From Heptranchias perlo (taxonomy: Eukaryota), in NCBI RefSeq assembly GCF_035084215.1, contig NC_090364.1, positions 3,410,001 to 3,474,000 on the forward strand: DNA of 64,000 nt, given 5' to 3'. The first letter of the stretch is position 1. Each line of letters opens with the position of its first letter. Below the pieces are notes generated by a model, which saw nothing but the letters and a program-made list of their open reading frames with translations, was not told the DNA's origin and did no database searches. Below, one piece after another: positions 1 through 12,492 of this stretch. Position numbers and translations under genes: made by a program.

Positions 1-278
1 GATTACTTTTAATTACTTCAGAGTCACAGGAAGCAAAGAGTCTGTGAGTTCCCAGCGTTGTTTAGTTCTCCTGAGCTTTTTGTTTTGAAAGATAGTTGCT
101 TGTACTCAAAACTGTCACATGGCTGGTTTACAGTGGCACAAATTTGGCTGGTTCCCATACCAGTGAGTTACAAGTTCAAACTAGGGATTGCCCAATGCGG
201 CCAATTGGCCTGATTTTTTCCCCCCCTCCTCATTTCCCCCCCGCCCCAATAAAAATATCAGCTGGATTTTGTTTTCAA

Positions 279-735
279 ATGATTCCAGGGATGAGGGACT
301 TCAGTTGTATGGAGAGACTGGAGCAGCTGGGATTGTTCTCTTTAGAGCAGAGAAGGTTAAGGAGAGATTTAATAGAGGTGTTCAAAATTATGACAAGGTT
401 TTGATGGAGTAAATAGGGAGAAATAGTTTCCAGTGGCAGGGGGGTCGGTAACCAGAGGACACAGATTTAAGATAATTGGCAAAAGAACTAGAGGAGAGAT
501 TTTTTTTTTACTCAGTGAGTTGTGATGATCTGGAATGCGCTGCCTGAACGGGCAGTGGGAGCAGTTTCAATAATAACTTTCAAAAGGGAATTGGATAAAT
601 ACTTGAAAAGGAAAAATTTGCAGGGCTGTGGGGAAAGAACGGGGGAAGTGGGATTAAGCTGGATAGCTCTATCAAACAGCCGTCTCAGGCACGATGGGCC
701 GAATGGCCTCTTTCCGTGCTGTTCATTCTATGAAC
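279..735 (+). mobile_element. CR1 LINE 3' fragment
   Basis: ORF2 C-terminal motif (LGLFSLEQRRLRRDLIEVFKIM) and typical CR1 3' tail gggccgaatggcct. Confidence 0.85.
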
Positions 736-1408
736 ATGATCTGAAAATCTGCAGGCACTCGAGCAGCTAAACTGACTTATTTTTCTAGACGGTAGATTGA
801 TAAAACTTTTCAACACATTTTAAATTCTGACTGAGTCAACAGAGAAGAAGCCGTAGGACAGCCAGATACAAATATGAAAGTTAAATATCCATTTATTGAT
901 ACAGTGCATGAACCTAAATTTACTGGTTACATTTTTTTGAGAAAATTGCCCATCGTTATCAGACGTAGATGGAACATTCCAAATGGTACGAGAGGTTATA
1001 CAGTCTTAAAGCATTCGTGCGCAATCCTTGAGGGCAGTGAAAGGCATCCATTACACGTTAAGCATAAGCAATATTTTGTTTCATCGAGCATTGCATGTGG
1101 GAGGTGTTCCTTAGGGATCCCCCCTCCCTCTTGCCTGCTCTCCTTGTTGGGTGGGAGGGGGGTCCAGTTCTGTGGGCACCATTCTCACCTAAGTGGTCGT
1201 TAGTTATGAACTTAAGTCAGCGGACTGTTCGCGTTGGGGCAGCAGAGCTTGTTCCTGCCGTCACCTCATATCGGCACGTACACACTATCCAGCAGGGGTG
1301 GGTCAGACGATAATAATCCAGAGAGTCACTGGCTCGTATTTTCCCCTTCCTACCCCAGGGTCAAATCATAGTGGAGTAGGGTTTTTTTAATAAACAGATA
1401 ACAACAAC

Positions 1409-1810
1409 AACTTGCATTTATATAGCGCCTTTAATGTGGTAAAATGTCCCAAGGCGCTTCACAGGAAGTGATTATCATGTTAAAATTTAACATCGAGCCA
1501 CATAAGGAGATATTAGGGCAGGTGACCAAAAACTTAGTCTAAGAGGTCGGTTTTAAAGAGTATCTTTAAAGGAGGAGAGAGAGGCGGAGAGGTTTAGGGA
1601 GGGAATTCCAGAGCTTAGGGCCGAGGCAGCTGAAGGCACAGCTGCCGATGGTGGGACGAAGGAAATGGATGCGCAAGAGGCCAGAATTGGAGGAGCGCAG
1701 AGATCTCGGAGGGTTGTGGGGCTGGAGGAGGTTACAGAGATAGGGAGGGGGTGAGGGCCATGGAGGGATTTGAAAACCAGGGTGAGAATTTTAAAATCGA
1801 GGCGTTGCCA
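1409..1810 (-). mobile_element. L2-clade LINE 3' fragment
   Basis: Tail (reverse of ggcgctatataaatgcaagttgttgtt) and FKILTLVFKSLHG motif; other copies at about 30490-30870, 31275-31670, 33075-33240, 51890-52380. Confidence 0.8.
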
Positions 1811-1889
1811 GATTGTAACTAAAATACAACTAAAGTTATGCATAGCTTCCTGACACAAACAGCCCCCGGTTCAAAGAATGAAAGAACTT

Positions 1890-2280
1890 GGATTTTTAGA
1901 AGTGTCTCGTTATGCGTTCAGTACATTGCAAAGTGCTTTGTAACCAATGAATCCAAAACATCCCAAAAACAGGAAATGAGTGACCAGATAGTCTGTTTTT
2001 GGTGGTGTCGGCTGCAGGAGGAATATTGGCCCCAGGATATAAGGAAAATTTCCTGCTCTTTGGACCGTGCTTTGGAATCTTTTTTACATCCACCTGACCA
2101 GGTAAGCCTTGCGTTAATGTCTTGTGTGTGAAAGACGGCACCTCTGACAATGTAGCACTCCCTCAGTACTGCACTGGAGTGTCAGCCCAGATCATTGGCT
2201 CGAGTCCAGAGCAGAGTTTGAACCCACAAGCTTCTGACTCAGAGAAGTGAGAGAGCTACTAACTGAGCCAACTTGGGCAC
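1890..2280 (-). mobile_element. tRNA-derived Deu-domain SINE (SacSINE1-like), degenerate
   Basis: gaaagacggcacctctgacaatgtagcactccctcagtactgcact core shared with >10 other copies in the window. Confidence 0.7.
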
Positions 2281-3378
2281 CTCAACAGGACTGTCTCAAT
2301 CCATTTATCACCAAAGAGTACCCTTCTATTTGAGATAACAAGCCTTTAATTTTAGGATTAAACCTGTGAATAGATGCAAGTCTGGACATTAGGAAGTGCC
2401 AGCTTGGCTCAGGTGGTGTATTCTAACCTCTGAGGCAGAAGGTCATAGTTTCAAGTCCCACTCCAGGACTGGAGGACATAACCTAGACTGACACTTCAGT
2501 GCAGAACCAATGTACCATTGTTGGAGGTGATGTCTTTCAGATGCAATGTTAAAACCAAAAAATTATGGGGACAGGTTGCATAGTCTAGGCTTGTATTCCC
2601 CTGAGTATAGAAGATTAAGGGGTGATCTAATCGAGGTGTTTAAGATGATTAAAGGCATCGATAGGGTGAGAGTGGAAATCTGAAACTCTCCCCCTAAAAG
2701 CTGTTGAGACTGGGGGTCAATTGAAAATGTCAAAACTGAGATTGATAGATTTTTGTTGGGTGAGGGTATTAAGGGTTATGGAATCAAGGCAGGTAGATGG
2801 AGTTAAGATACAGATCAGCCATGATCTAATTGAATGGCGGAACAGGCTTGAGGGGCTGAATGGCCTCCTCCTGTTCCTATGTTCCAAAGCCCCATCTACC
2901 TCTTCATGTGGATATAAAGGAACTTGTGGCACATTTTTCCAAAGCAGAGCAGGGGGAGTTCTCCTGGTCTCCCAGCCAACATTCATTCCTCAAATAACAC
3001 CACCAAAAAGAAATAATTAAACTGGTCAGTCATCTTATGGTGTGTAAATTGACTGCCGTGTTTCCTACAAAAACAATAGTGATTACCCTTCAAAAGTAAT
3101 TCATTGGCAGTAAAGCACTTTGGGACATCCTGAGCTCATGAAAGGCGCTATATAAATGCAAATTCTTTATGGGTCGATGGTTGATGGGTCAACAAGGATT
3201 AATCATAGACACTGCAGAGAGCAGGCAGCCTGGTCAGTTAGAATCGGTCATTTCTCAGTATGGCGAATCAATGAATTGCAACAAATGGCTGCCAGTGTGG
3301 AATTTAATGCAAGCTATTGGTCAGAAGCTTTGATGGTCTCTACAGGCAGCTAGAACTTTTATTCTGGGGACATGATGT

Positions 3379-3804
3379 GGAGAGACTGGAGAAGCTGGGG
3401 TTGTTCTTCTTAGAGCAGAGAAGGTTAAGGGGAGATTTGATCGAGGTGTTCAAAATCATGAAAGATTTTGATAGAGTAAATTAGGAGAAACTGTTACCAG
3501 TGGCAGGAGGGTCAGTAACCAGAGGACACAGATTTAAGGTGATTGGCAAAAAAACCAGAGGCGACATGAGGAGAAAAAAATATTTCTGCAGCGAGTTGTG
3601 ATGATCTGGAATGCACTGTCTGAAAGGGCGGTGGAGGCAGGTTCAATAATAACTTTCAAAAGGGAATTGGATAAATACTTGAATGGAAAAAATTTACAGG
3701 GCTATGGGGAAAGAGCAGGGGAATGGCACTAATCGGATAGCTCTGCCAAAGAGCCAGCACAGGCACGATGGGCCGAATGGCCTCCTTCTGCGCTGTATCA
3801 TTCT
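3379..3804 (+). mobile_element. CR1 3' fragment inserted into the GPR146-like C-terminal codons
   Basis: CR1 ORF2 end plus tail; 7-bp target-site duplication ATGATGT at 3372-3378 and 3805-3811. Confidence 0.9.
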
Positions 3805-4820
3805 ATGATGTCTGCCCCTGAAACTGTTACGACGTGTTGCTGGCGTATCTCGCGCCCCTTTATGCCGCACTGCACGTCTTGGATCACCAGCCTTAGTCTG
3901 GCGTCAAAGGTTTTCTGCAGATATTTGTATAACATGGGCACCACGCAGGTGCTGGTGTAAGCGAGCAGCTCGCACGCCCCTCTCAGAAAGTGAAGCACGT
4001 CGGCAAACCCAGTGTCGTCCTTCGTCTTAGTCACAAAGTGGGCAGTGCTCACCAATAGAGTCAGGTAGTACGGCAACCAGAGGGCAAACTGCACGAGGAC
4101 CGTGGCCAGGAGAAGCCTCCGGACGGAAGGGTCGAGGTGCGAGGATTCCTCCAGCTGAGGTGGCCGGTCTTGCCGGGCACTGAGAATGAGCCGGAAGGCG
4201 TAGCTCACTCCGACGGCGGGAACCACGAATCCGGTGAAGAACATGATGGCGTCCCCTAGCTCCTTGGTCTGGAGTTTTGAACAGTCGTGGACCTCGTCCG
4301 AGACCTTGCTGCAGACATAAAAGAGGAGGGAGGAGAAGCTGGCCAGGGCAGCCCCGCCCCACACAAAACTGCAGACGTGCTTGGTGTTGTAAACGCTTGA
4401 CATGTAGGTGTGAGGCAAAGCTTGCTCAATGAAACAGTCCAGGCTGAGCAAAGTGGCAGAGTGAATGCTCACCAGCGCTGCCATGTTGAACAAGATGAAA
4501 GAGGCCATGCAGATCTCCCGGCCAAAGGTCCACACTGGCCAGATGAGGTGGTCGGGGCCTAGAAGCTGCAGAAAAGCCACCAGGTTCAGGACCAAGCCAG
4601 CCAATGCCATATTGGTGAAGTAGACATCAGGCATGTTGATGGACAGCTTGTGACGAAGGTTGACAACAAGAACCAAAACATTGAAGATAAGGCCCAGCGG
4701 AAAGCAGAAGATGAGGTAGGCCATCGAGGCAATTGACAGGACCATGCCGACATTGTAGCAAAGGTCATCTTTGCACCGTGTACTGTTGGATCCAAAGTCC
4801 CCTTGAATACAGCTCCACAT
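3798..4820 (-). CDS. GPR146: G protein-coupled receptor 146-like, 340 aa, single coding exon
   Basis: 7TM pattern; motifs MWSC, MPDVYFTNMA, IEQALPHTYMSSVYNTKHVCSFVWGGA, SFSSLLFYVC, RLLLATVLVQFALWLPYY closely match GPR146; ortholog versus paralog unresolved. Confidence 0.9.
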   Translation of the reverse strand: MWSCIQGDFGSNSTRCKDDLCYNVGMVLSIASMAYLIFCFPLGLIFNVLVLVVNLRHKLSINMPDVYFTNMALAGLVLNLVAFLQLLGPDHLIWPVWTFGREICMASFILFNMAALVSIHSATLLSLDCFIEQALPHTYMSSVYNTKHVCSFVWGGAALASFSSLLFYVCSKVSDEVHDCSKLQTKELGDAIMFFTGFVVPAVGVSYAFRLILSARQDRPPQLEESSHLDPSVRRLLLATVLVQFALWLPYYLTLLVSTAHFVTKTKDDTGFADVLHFLRGACELLAYTSTCVVPMLYKYLQKTFDARLRLVIQDVQCGIKGREIRQQHVVTVSGADIIE

Positions 4821-4956
4821 TGCAATGGGTTTCTAGGTCAACAGAGGTTGGAATGGTCAGCAAGGCAGGGTTCAGGGCTTCATATGGAGAGGTCCATATA
4901 GTTGAAGGATGTGACACCAGTAGAGTGGAAATCAGCTGCCATCATTATCTCTAAGT

Positions 4957-4980
4957 CTGGAAATAAGATAAAGAAAAACA
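4957..4980 (-). promoter_or_regulatory. Splice acceptor of the GPR146-like coding exon
   Basis: Minus strand tgtttttctttatcttatttccag| with exon starting at 4956, 136 nt upstream of the ATG. Confidence 0.65.
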
Positions 4981-5259
4981 TATAAATGTGCTGAACTGAT
5001 TATTTCGTCTTCGCATTACCAAGTTACTGCTCAGTGACTGGCTCCTGGGAGATATGCAAAAGGGGCCCAAAGATACACCTGCCCTGATTGTTCCTCCTCC
5101 CTGTGACGCTGTCGCCTCATCGCTAACTGCAGGGCAATGGGGGAAGAGCGGGGGGAATGGGACTAATTGGATAGTTCTTCTAAAGAGCTGGCACTGGCAC
5201 GATGGGCCGAATGGCCTCCTTCTGTGCTGTAAGATTCTATTGCGCACCTCCCTCCCTCA

Positions 5260-5757
5260 AAGAAGGTTCACTCGGTTAATCCCCGGGGATGAGGGGGTGG
5301 AGAGGTTGAGTAGATTGGGACTCTACTCATTGGAGTTCAGAAGAATGAGAGGCGATCTTATTGAAACATATAAGATTGTGAAGGGGCTTGATCGGGTGGA
5401 TGCGGTGAGGATGTTCCCAAGGATGGGTGAAACTAGAACTAGGGGGCATAATCTTAGAATAAGGGGCTGCTCTTTCAAAACTGAGATGAGGAGAAACTTC
5501 TTCACTCAGAGGGTGGTAGGTCTGTGGAATTTGCTGCCCCAGGAAGCTGTGGAAGCTACATCATTAAATAAATTTAAAACAGAAATAGACAGTTTCCTAG
5601 AAGTAAAGGGAATTAGGGGTTACGGGGAGCGGGCAGGAAATTGGACATGAATTTAGATTTGAGGTTAGGATCAGATCAGCCATGATCTTATTGAATGGCG
5701 GAGCAGGCTCGAGGGGCCGATTGGCCTACTCCTGCTCCTATTTCTTATGTTCGTATG
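5260..5757 (+). mobile_element. Young CR1 3' fragment
   Basis: Open ORF2 C-terminus (RRMRGDLIETYKI...RRNFFTQRVV); near-identical to copies at 7688-8088, 32472-32705, 33240-33423. Confidence 0.9.
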
Positions 5758-6702
5758 TTCCCTCTGATGGCCTGAACGAGAGTGTTAACTCGCCAGTTAT
5801 TGTAGGATGAGCACAAGCTGCAGTTCAGGCAAACCAATCCACTGACGACAAAGAGGGGCCCTTTAGCAGTTTCATCAGATATGTGTGAAAAATGAATCAT
5901 CACATTGTATTTTCGACATCATTTTCTTTTCCTCCCCCTGGCTCCTGAAAACCCAGACTCTGGTTCCGGGGCTTGAAGGGTTAAATTATGAGGGCAGGTT
6001 GCATAAACTTGCCTTGTATTCCCTCGAGTATAGAAGGTCGAGGAGTGACCTAATCGAGGTGTTTAAAATGTTAAAAGGATTCGATAGGGTCGATAGAGAG
6101 AAACTATTTCCTCCGGTGGAGAATCAAGAACAAGGGGACACAATCTTGAAATTAGAGCCAGGCCATTCAGGGACGAAACCCGGAAGCGCTTTTTCACAAA
6201 AAGGGCAGTAGAAATCAGGAATTCTCTCCCCCAAAAAGACTTTGGATGCTGGGGATCAATTGGAGCTTTCAAGACTGAGATTGACAGATTTTTGATGGGT
6301 GCAGGTATCAAGGGATATGGAGAGAAGGCATTAAGTAAATGGAGTTGAGGAACAGATCAGCCCTGATCTAATTCTATGTTGTGTGTAGAAGGACATTAAA
6401 CCAGTGGGGTAGAGTCCAGGACGGGGTAGATTGTACAGGACGGGGTAGATTGTACAGGGTGTGTAGAAACAAGGTGTGAATGGCTCCCACTCTTCTCCTC
6501 ATCATTGGGCACAGGTGACCCAACGATAAGTTATAATGCAATTTACATCATTCCTTGAATTGTATGTAAACAATGCAAAAAAGGGTTCGTCACGCACCAC
6601 GTCACCAAAGGGGAGTGACCACAGCAGCTGTGAAGCTCTGACTCTCGTTCTCCTCACTATACTGGTCACTGATGTGAACCCCAGGTTGTTCACAGTGCCC
6701 CA

Positions 6703-7052
6703 TAGGGTTGCCAACTCTGGTTGGACGTATTCCTGGAGGTTTCATTACGTGACTTGTCCCCTGACCCCATTGGTCTACCCTACACGACCATCCTCACGGG
6801 GCCCCGCCTTCCCACGGCCAATCGGAAAGCCAACAGACTCTTCATGACTCAATTGGATGATTCTTGACTGTCAGTCAAGCAGCCTTTCTTTTCCCCAACT
6901 CTTACATTTTTATAACGAATAAACAAAAGTGTTAAAAATAAATGAAAAAATACTCCATTTTTTTAATGCTCCTATGATTTTTCTTCCTAAATTGCTCACA
7001 GCAGCAAACTGGAGATTAATCTTTAATTCCTCGGGACTCCAGGGCAATCCTA
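6703..7052. mobile_element. hAT-type MITE (TAGGGTTGCCA termini)
   Basis: Terminal inverted repeats tagggttgcc...ggcaatccta; 8-bp TSD gtgcccca/gtgtccca (1 mismatch). Confidence 0.7.
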
Positions 7053-7687
7053 GTGTCCCATCACCATATATATAAAACAGAATTCTTTCCACACTGATTT
7101 TCGTACAACATACTCTAAATAAATGTGTGCCTTTTTGTGCCCAACTCTTAGAAAATGGGAGGGAAGGCTGGTGACGCACATCACAGGAATGTACTGTAAA
7201 TGTTGTGGATGTAAGTAAGATATACAGTTGAATGATTTCTCCTGAGGCTAATGTATTCCATTGGGGAACTATTTCAACATTACAGCAATCGGTGTCATCC
7301 TGTCCTGTTCTTTTTACAGTCGCACATCAAGCACTTTGGAAACAAACACTAAATTGGGAGATTAAAACATCACCAGCAGCGACTGTAACCCTTTCACGGC
7401 CAAAGACTCTGGGTTCGAAGAAACTCCCGCAGATGAGGTATGACCAGGGTTACGTACAGGGCAGCAGCACAGCGGACAATTTGTTCTAGTCCAGGGGGCC
7501 TCTTATGGTCTTGAGGGGCTAGGTCGGCAGGAGGTGGAGATTTAGTTCTTCCCACTCCTGGGGACGAGATGAAGGGGAACGTTGGATATATAAGGCAAAA
7601 TCCAGAAGGTTCTGTGGAGGAGGAGAGGGACAAAGAGGTGGAAGGGGAGATATTAATTTGTATATCATCGTTGTTGGTTATTGTTAA

Positions 7688-8088
7688 CATAAGAACATAA
7701 GAAATAGGAGCAGGAGTAGGCCAATCGGCCCCTCGAGCCTGCTCCGCCATTCAATAAGATCATGGCTGATTTGATCCTAACCTCAAATCTAAATTCATGT
7801 CCAATTTCCTGCCTGCTCCCCGTAACCCCTAATTCCCTTTACTTCTAGGAAACTGTCTATTTCTGTTTTAAATTTATTTAATGATGTAGCTTCCACAGCT
7901 TCCTGGGGCAGCAAATTCCACAGACCTACTACCCTCTGAGTGAAGAAGTTTCTCCTCATCTCAGTTTTGAAAGAGCAGCCCCTTATTCTAAGATTATGGC
8001 CCCTAGTTCTAGTTTCACCCATCCTTGGGAACATCCTTACCGCATCCACCCGATCAAGCCCCTTCACAATCTTATATGTTTCAATAAG
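7688..8088 (-). mobile_element. Young CR1 3' fragment
   Basis: Reverse complement of the 5260-5757 copy; flanked by attgttaa duplication. Confidence 0.9.
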
Positions 8089-8525
8089 ATTGTTAAATAC
8101 ACTCTATATACATTATATAAATATATAAAACCAGGCTTGAAGTTTCGACTGAAAGAAATTGAAGAAACTTTTTTTCTTCACAATATGAGGTCAAAGGGTT
8201 AGTTACTGGTCCCATATTTTGAGATTTAATAGAGATGTTCAAAATTATGAGGGGTTTTGATAGAGTAAATAAGGAGAAACTGTTTCCACTGACAGGAGGG
8301 TCGGTGACCAGAGGAGACAGATTTAAGATAATTGGCAAGTAAGCCGGGGAGAGATGAGGAGAATTTTTTTTACGCAGCGAGTTGTTATGATCTGGAATGC
8401 GCTGCCTGAAAGGGCGGTGGAAGCAGATTCAATAATAACTTTCAAAAGGGAATTGGATAAATACTTGAAGGGAAAACATTTGCAGGGCTATGGGGAAAGA
8501 GCAGGGGGAGTGGGACTAATTGGAT

Positions 8526-9326
8526 TTTTTTTTTTTATTCGTTCACGGGATGTGGGCGTCGCTGGCGAGGCCGGCATTTATTGCCCATCCCTAATTGCCC
8601 TCGAGAAGGTGGTGGTGAGCCGCCTTCTTGAACCGCTGCAGTCCGTGTGGTGACGGTTCTCCCACAGTGCTGTTAGGAAGGGAGTTCCAGGATTTTGACC
8701 CAGTGACGATGAAGGAACGGCGATATATTTCCAAGTCGGGATGGTGTGTGACTTGGAGGGGAACGTGCAGGTGGTGTTGTTCCCATGTACCTGCTGCTCT
8801 TGTCCTTCTAGGTGGTAGAGGTCGCGGGTTTGGGAGGTGCTGTCGAAGAAGCCTTGGCGAGTTGCTGCAGTGCATCCTGTGGATGGTGCACACTGCAGCC
8901 ACAGTGCGCCGGTGGTGAAGGGAGTGAATATTTAGGGTGGTGGATGGGGTGCCAATCAAGCGGGCTGCTTTATCTTGGATGGTGTTGAGCTTCTTGAGTG
9001 TTGTTGGAGCTGCACTCATCCAGGCAAGTGGAGAGCATTCCATCACACTCCTGACTTGTGCCTTGTAGATGGTGGAAAGGCTCTGGGGAGTCAGGAGGTG
9101 AGTCACTCGCTGCAGAATACCCAGCCTCTGACCTGCTCTAATAGCCACAGTATTTATGTGGCTGGTCCAGTTAAGTTTGTGGTCAATGGTGACCCCCAGG
9201 ATGTTGATGGTGGGGGATTCGGCGATGGTAATGCCATTGAATGTCAAGGGGAGGTGGTTAGACTCTCTCTTGTTGGAGATGGTCATTGCCTGGCACTTAT
9301 CTGGCGCGAATGTTACTTGCCACTTA
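8526..9326 (-). mobile_element. 3' fragment of the second LINE family (same as 53851-57132), nested in a CR1 copy (about 8220-9400)
   Basis: ORF 8591-9337 matches ORF 56374-56988; host CR1 tail resumes at about 9327. Confidence 0.85.
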
Positions 9327-9974
9327 TGCTCTTTCAAAGAGCTGGCACAGGCACAATGGGCCGAATGGCCTCCTTCTGTGCTGTATCATTCTATGATATC
9401 TGGAGAGGCTCGCCCAGGATCTTTCTAGCATTCCTGCATAGGAAAAGCCTAGTGTCTGGTAGACAATCTATCTCAAGCCTCCAACCTCTCTCTCAATCTT
9501 TCTTGCCTCTGTTTTATTGATACTACTACAGTCAGTGCCCCTCTGGACTCTCCACTCTTGTTCCCCCTGAGCTCCATATACCCCACTCCACACACTCTTC
9601 CTTCTGCCTCTGGGTTGAAATCACATTCATCACACCACCTCCTACTCTAACTCATTCACATTGAAATACACAGAAACAGGCCATTCGGCCCAACTGGTCT
9701 ATGCCGGTGTTAATACACCAAATGAGCCTCCTCCCACTCTAATTATCTCTTCCCGCCCTGCCCCCCCATCCCTCTATTCCCTTCTCCCTCATGTATGCCT
9801 CAAGCCTCCTTAAACGTGTCTATGCTCTCTGCTTCATGTAGCAGCGAGTTCCACACTGTCACCATTCTCTCTGTAAAGAAATTCCACCTAAATTATTTAT
9901 TTGATCTGTTAGTAGCCATCTTATATTTATGCCCCCATGTTCTGGATCACCCACAATTTTTTTTAAAATTCAGA

Positions 9975-10210
9975 GCTTTACTTTGTATCTAACCCGGGAG
10001 TGTTTGATGGGACAGTGTGGAGTGAGCTTTACTCTGTATCTAACCCTGTACCTGACCCTGGGAGTGTTTGATGGGACAGTGTAGAGGGAGCTTTACTCTG
10101 TATCTAACCCTGTACCTGACCCTGGGAGTGTTTGATGGGACAGTGTAGAGGGAGCTTTATTCTGTATCTAACCCGTGCTGTACCTGCCCTGGGAGTGTTT
10201 GATGGGACTC
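9975..10210. repeat. 63-67 bp minisatellite, short array
   Basis: Unit gggagtgtttgatgggacagtgtagagggagctttactctgtatctaaccc(gtgc)tgtacctgccct. Confidence 0.9.
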
Positions 10211-11702
10211 TGGATCTAACCTCTTTGATATCTGACCTAGGAGTACCTGCCATTGACAATGAATGGCCAAAATTTCACCTCAATGATGAGTACAGATAAA
10301 AATCTCACTAAATAACTTGTACAAACATCCCAGGGCTGTAGTTTGCTGACTGGCAATGGATTCCAGGGGAATGTGATTTCAGTGTCACAGAAGATTTTTT
10401 TTTTCTTCCCGATCACGCTGCCAAACGCAGACTCACTGGAGCCCCGAGAACAAAGGAATTAATTGACTACTTACATAACTCGCTTGTAAAGTAGATTAAT
10501 TGCAAGAGAACAGCTACAGTTTTTTTTTCCTGTTGGCACAGGGATGTGTTGATCCAAACTCTCGCCTCTTTTAATGGTACATTTTGGTTTTCTGCTCACA
10601 TCCTCGATCAGCAAACGCCTCAGAGCTGCCCGCCCCATTCACATGCTCTCAGAGAAAGGAAGCTCGCTGCCTTTTGATCCTGTTCCAAGAACACCACAAG
10701 TTTAAAGCCTCGGTAAGTGTGAAACCCGACTAGAACCCTGCATTCCAAGGTCAATAAATGGAGGCTTCCTCACAGAAAGTGTCAGGAAGACCAGAGTCAC
10801 AATAAAATCAAAAAACCAGGCACTGCCCTGCATTGTAATTTTTAATTATTTTTCAGGAAGAGAGAGAATATCTGTGTTTATCGCAGTGAGAGATATCGAT
10901 GCTGAGGAATGCAGCATTTATGAATGTTTTGCAGCCAGTGTCAGCTTTGATTTGACTGGGTCACTAGTTCATGATAAACCTGCACTATTGCACCATTCTA
11001 CTCATCCACAGGTATCGATCACTCTCTGTAATAACCACCCCCATATCTCCATCGCTCCCTGTATAATCAGGCAAGCAGGTACATGGGAACACCATCACCT
11101 GCACGTTCCCCTCCAAGTCACACACCGTCCTAAGTTGGAAATATATCGGCCGTTCCTTCATCGCCGCTGGGTCGAAAACCTGGAACTCCCTTCCTAACAG
11201 CACTGTGGGAGAACCGTCACCACACGGACTGCAGCGGTTCAAGAAGGCGGCTCACCACCACCTTCTCAAGGGGCAACTCGGGATGGGCAATAAATGCTGG
11301 CCTTGCCAGCGATGCCCACATCCCGAGAATGAACAAAAACAGGCACTAACTTGTATGAAATACGGGGGAGCGGTACAATTCTGTAATGTGTGTAAGAGAT
11401 GCACAGTTAAAGGAGGTAAGACTCAGTTTTAATAGGAAATGAATTGAAGCATGCTGTGATCTTATGTTGTCTCCTGCACATTGCTGGTTCTGCCCCTGCA
11501 GTCGTACAGTGCTGTGTAAAAGGGATATATCACACACTTATTGTGAGTCAGCGCCTGTTCAATGTAAACAGTGTGCGCTCCATAGCACAGGGACTGAAAG
11601 CTCAGAGCAAGGCAAGCCATGCGTGTGACGGAAGAGTTGTTATTACTTCCCATGTATTTGTGTGCTTGAGGCGTGCCTACTCTACATACATCCCCCTTAT
11701 CA

Positions 11703-12492
11703 TAGTGTAGAGGGAGCTTTACTCTGTATCTAACCCGTGCTGTACCTGCCCTGGGAGTGTTTGATGGGACAGTGTAGAGGGAGCTTTACTCTGTATCTAA
11801 CCCGTGCTGTACCTGCCCTGGGAGTGTTTGATGGGCCAGTGTAGAGGGAGCTTTACTCTGTATCTAACCCGTGCTGTACCTGCCCTGGGAGTGTTTGATG
11901 GGACAGTGTAGAGGGAGCTTTACTCTGTATCTAACCCGTGCTGTACCTGCCCTGGGAGTGTTTGATGGGACAGTGTAGAGGGAGCTTTACTTTGTATCTA
12001 ACCCTTGCTGTACCTGCCCTGGGAGTGTTTGATGGGACAGTGTAGAGGGAGCTTTACTCTGTATCTAACCCGTGCTGTACCTGCCCTGGGAGTGTTTGAT
12101 GGGACAGTGTAGAGGGAGCTTTACTCTGTATCTAACCCGTGCTGCACCTGCCCGGGGAGTGTTTGATGGGACAGTGTAGAGGGAGCTTTACTCTGTATCT
12201 AACCTGTGCTGTACCTGCCCTGGGAGTGTTTGATGGGACAGTGTCGAGGGAGCTTTACTCTGTATCTAACCCGTGCTGTACCTGCCCTGGGAGTGTTTGA
12301 TGGGAGAGCGTAGAGGGAGCTTTACTCTGCATCTAACCCGTGCTGTACCTGCCCTGGGAGTGTTTGATGGGACAGTGTAGAGGGAGCTTTACTCTGCATC
12401 TAACCCGTGCTGTACCTGCCCTGGGAGTGTTTGATGGGACAGTGTAGAGGGAGCTTTACTCTGTATCTAACCCGTGCTGTACCTGCCCTGGG
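11703..12492. repeat. 67-bp minisatellite, about 12 copies
   Basis: Period 67 (11753 to 11820); same family as the 9975 and 49350 arrays. Confidence 0.95.

Noticed and set aside
874-1390. Short ORFs in non-repetitive sequence
   Set aside because: No recognisable domain or splice support; may be distal 3' UTR of the GPR146-like gene
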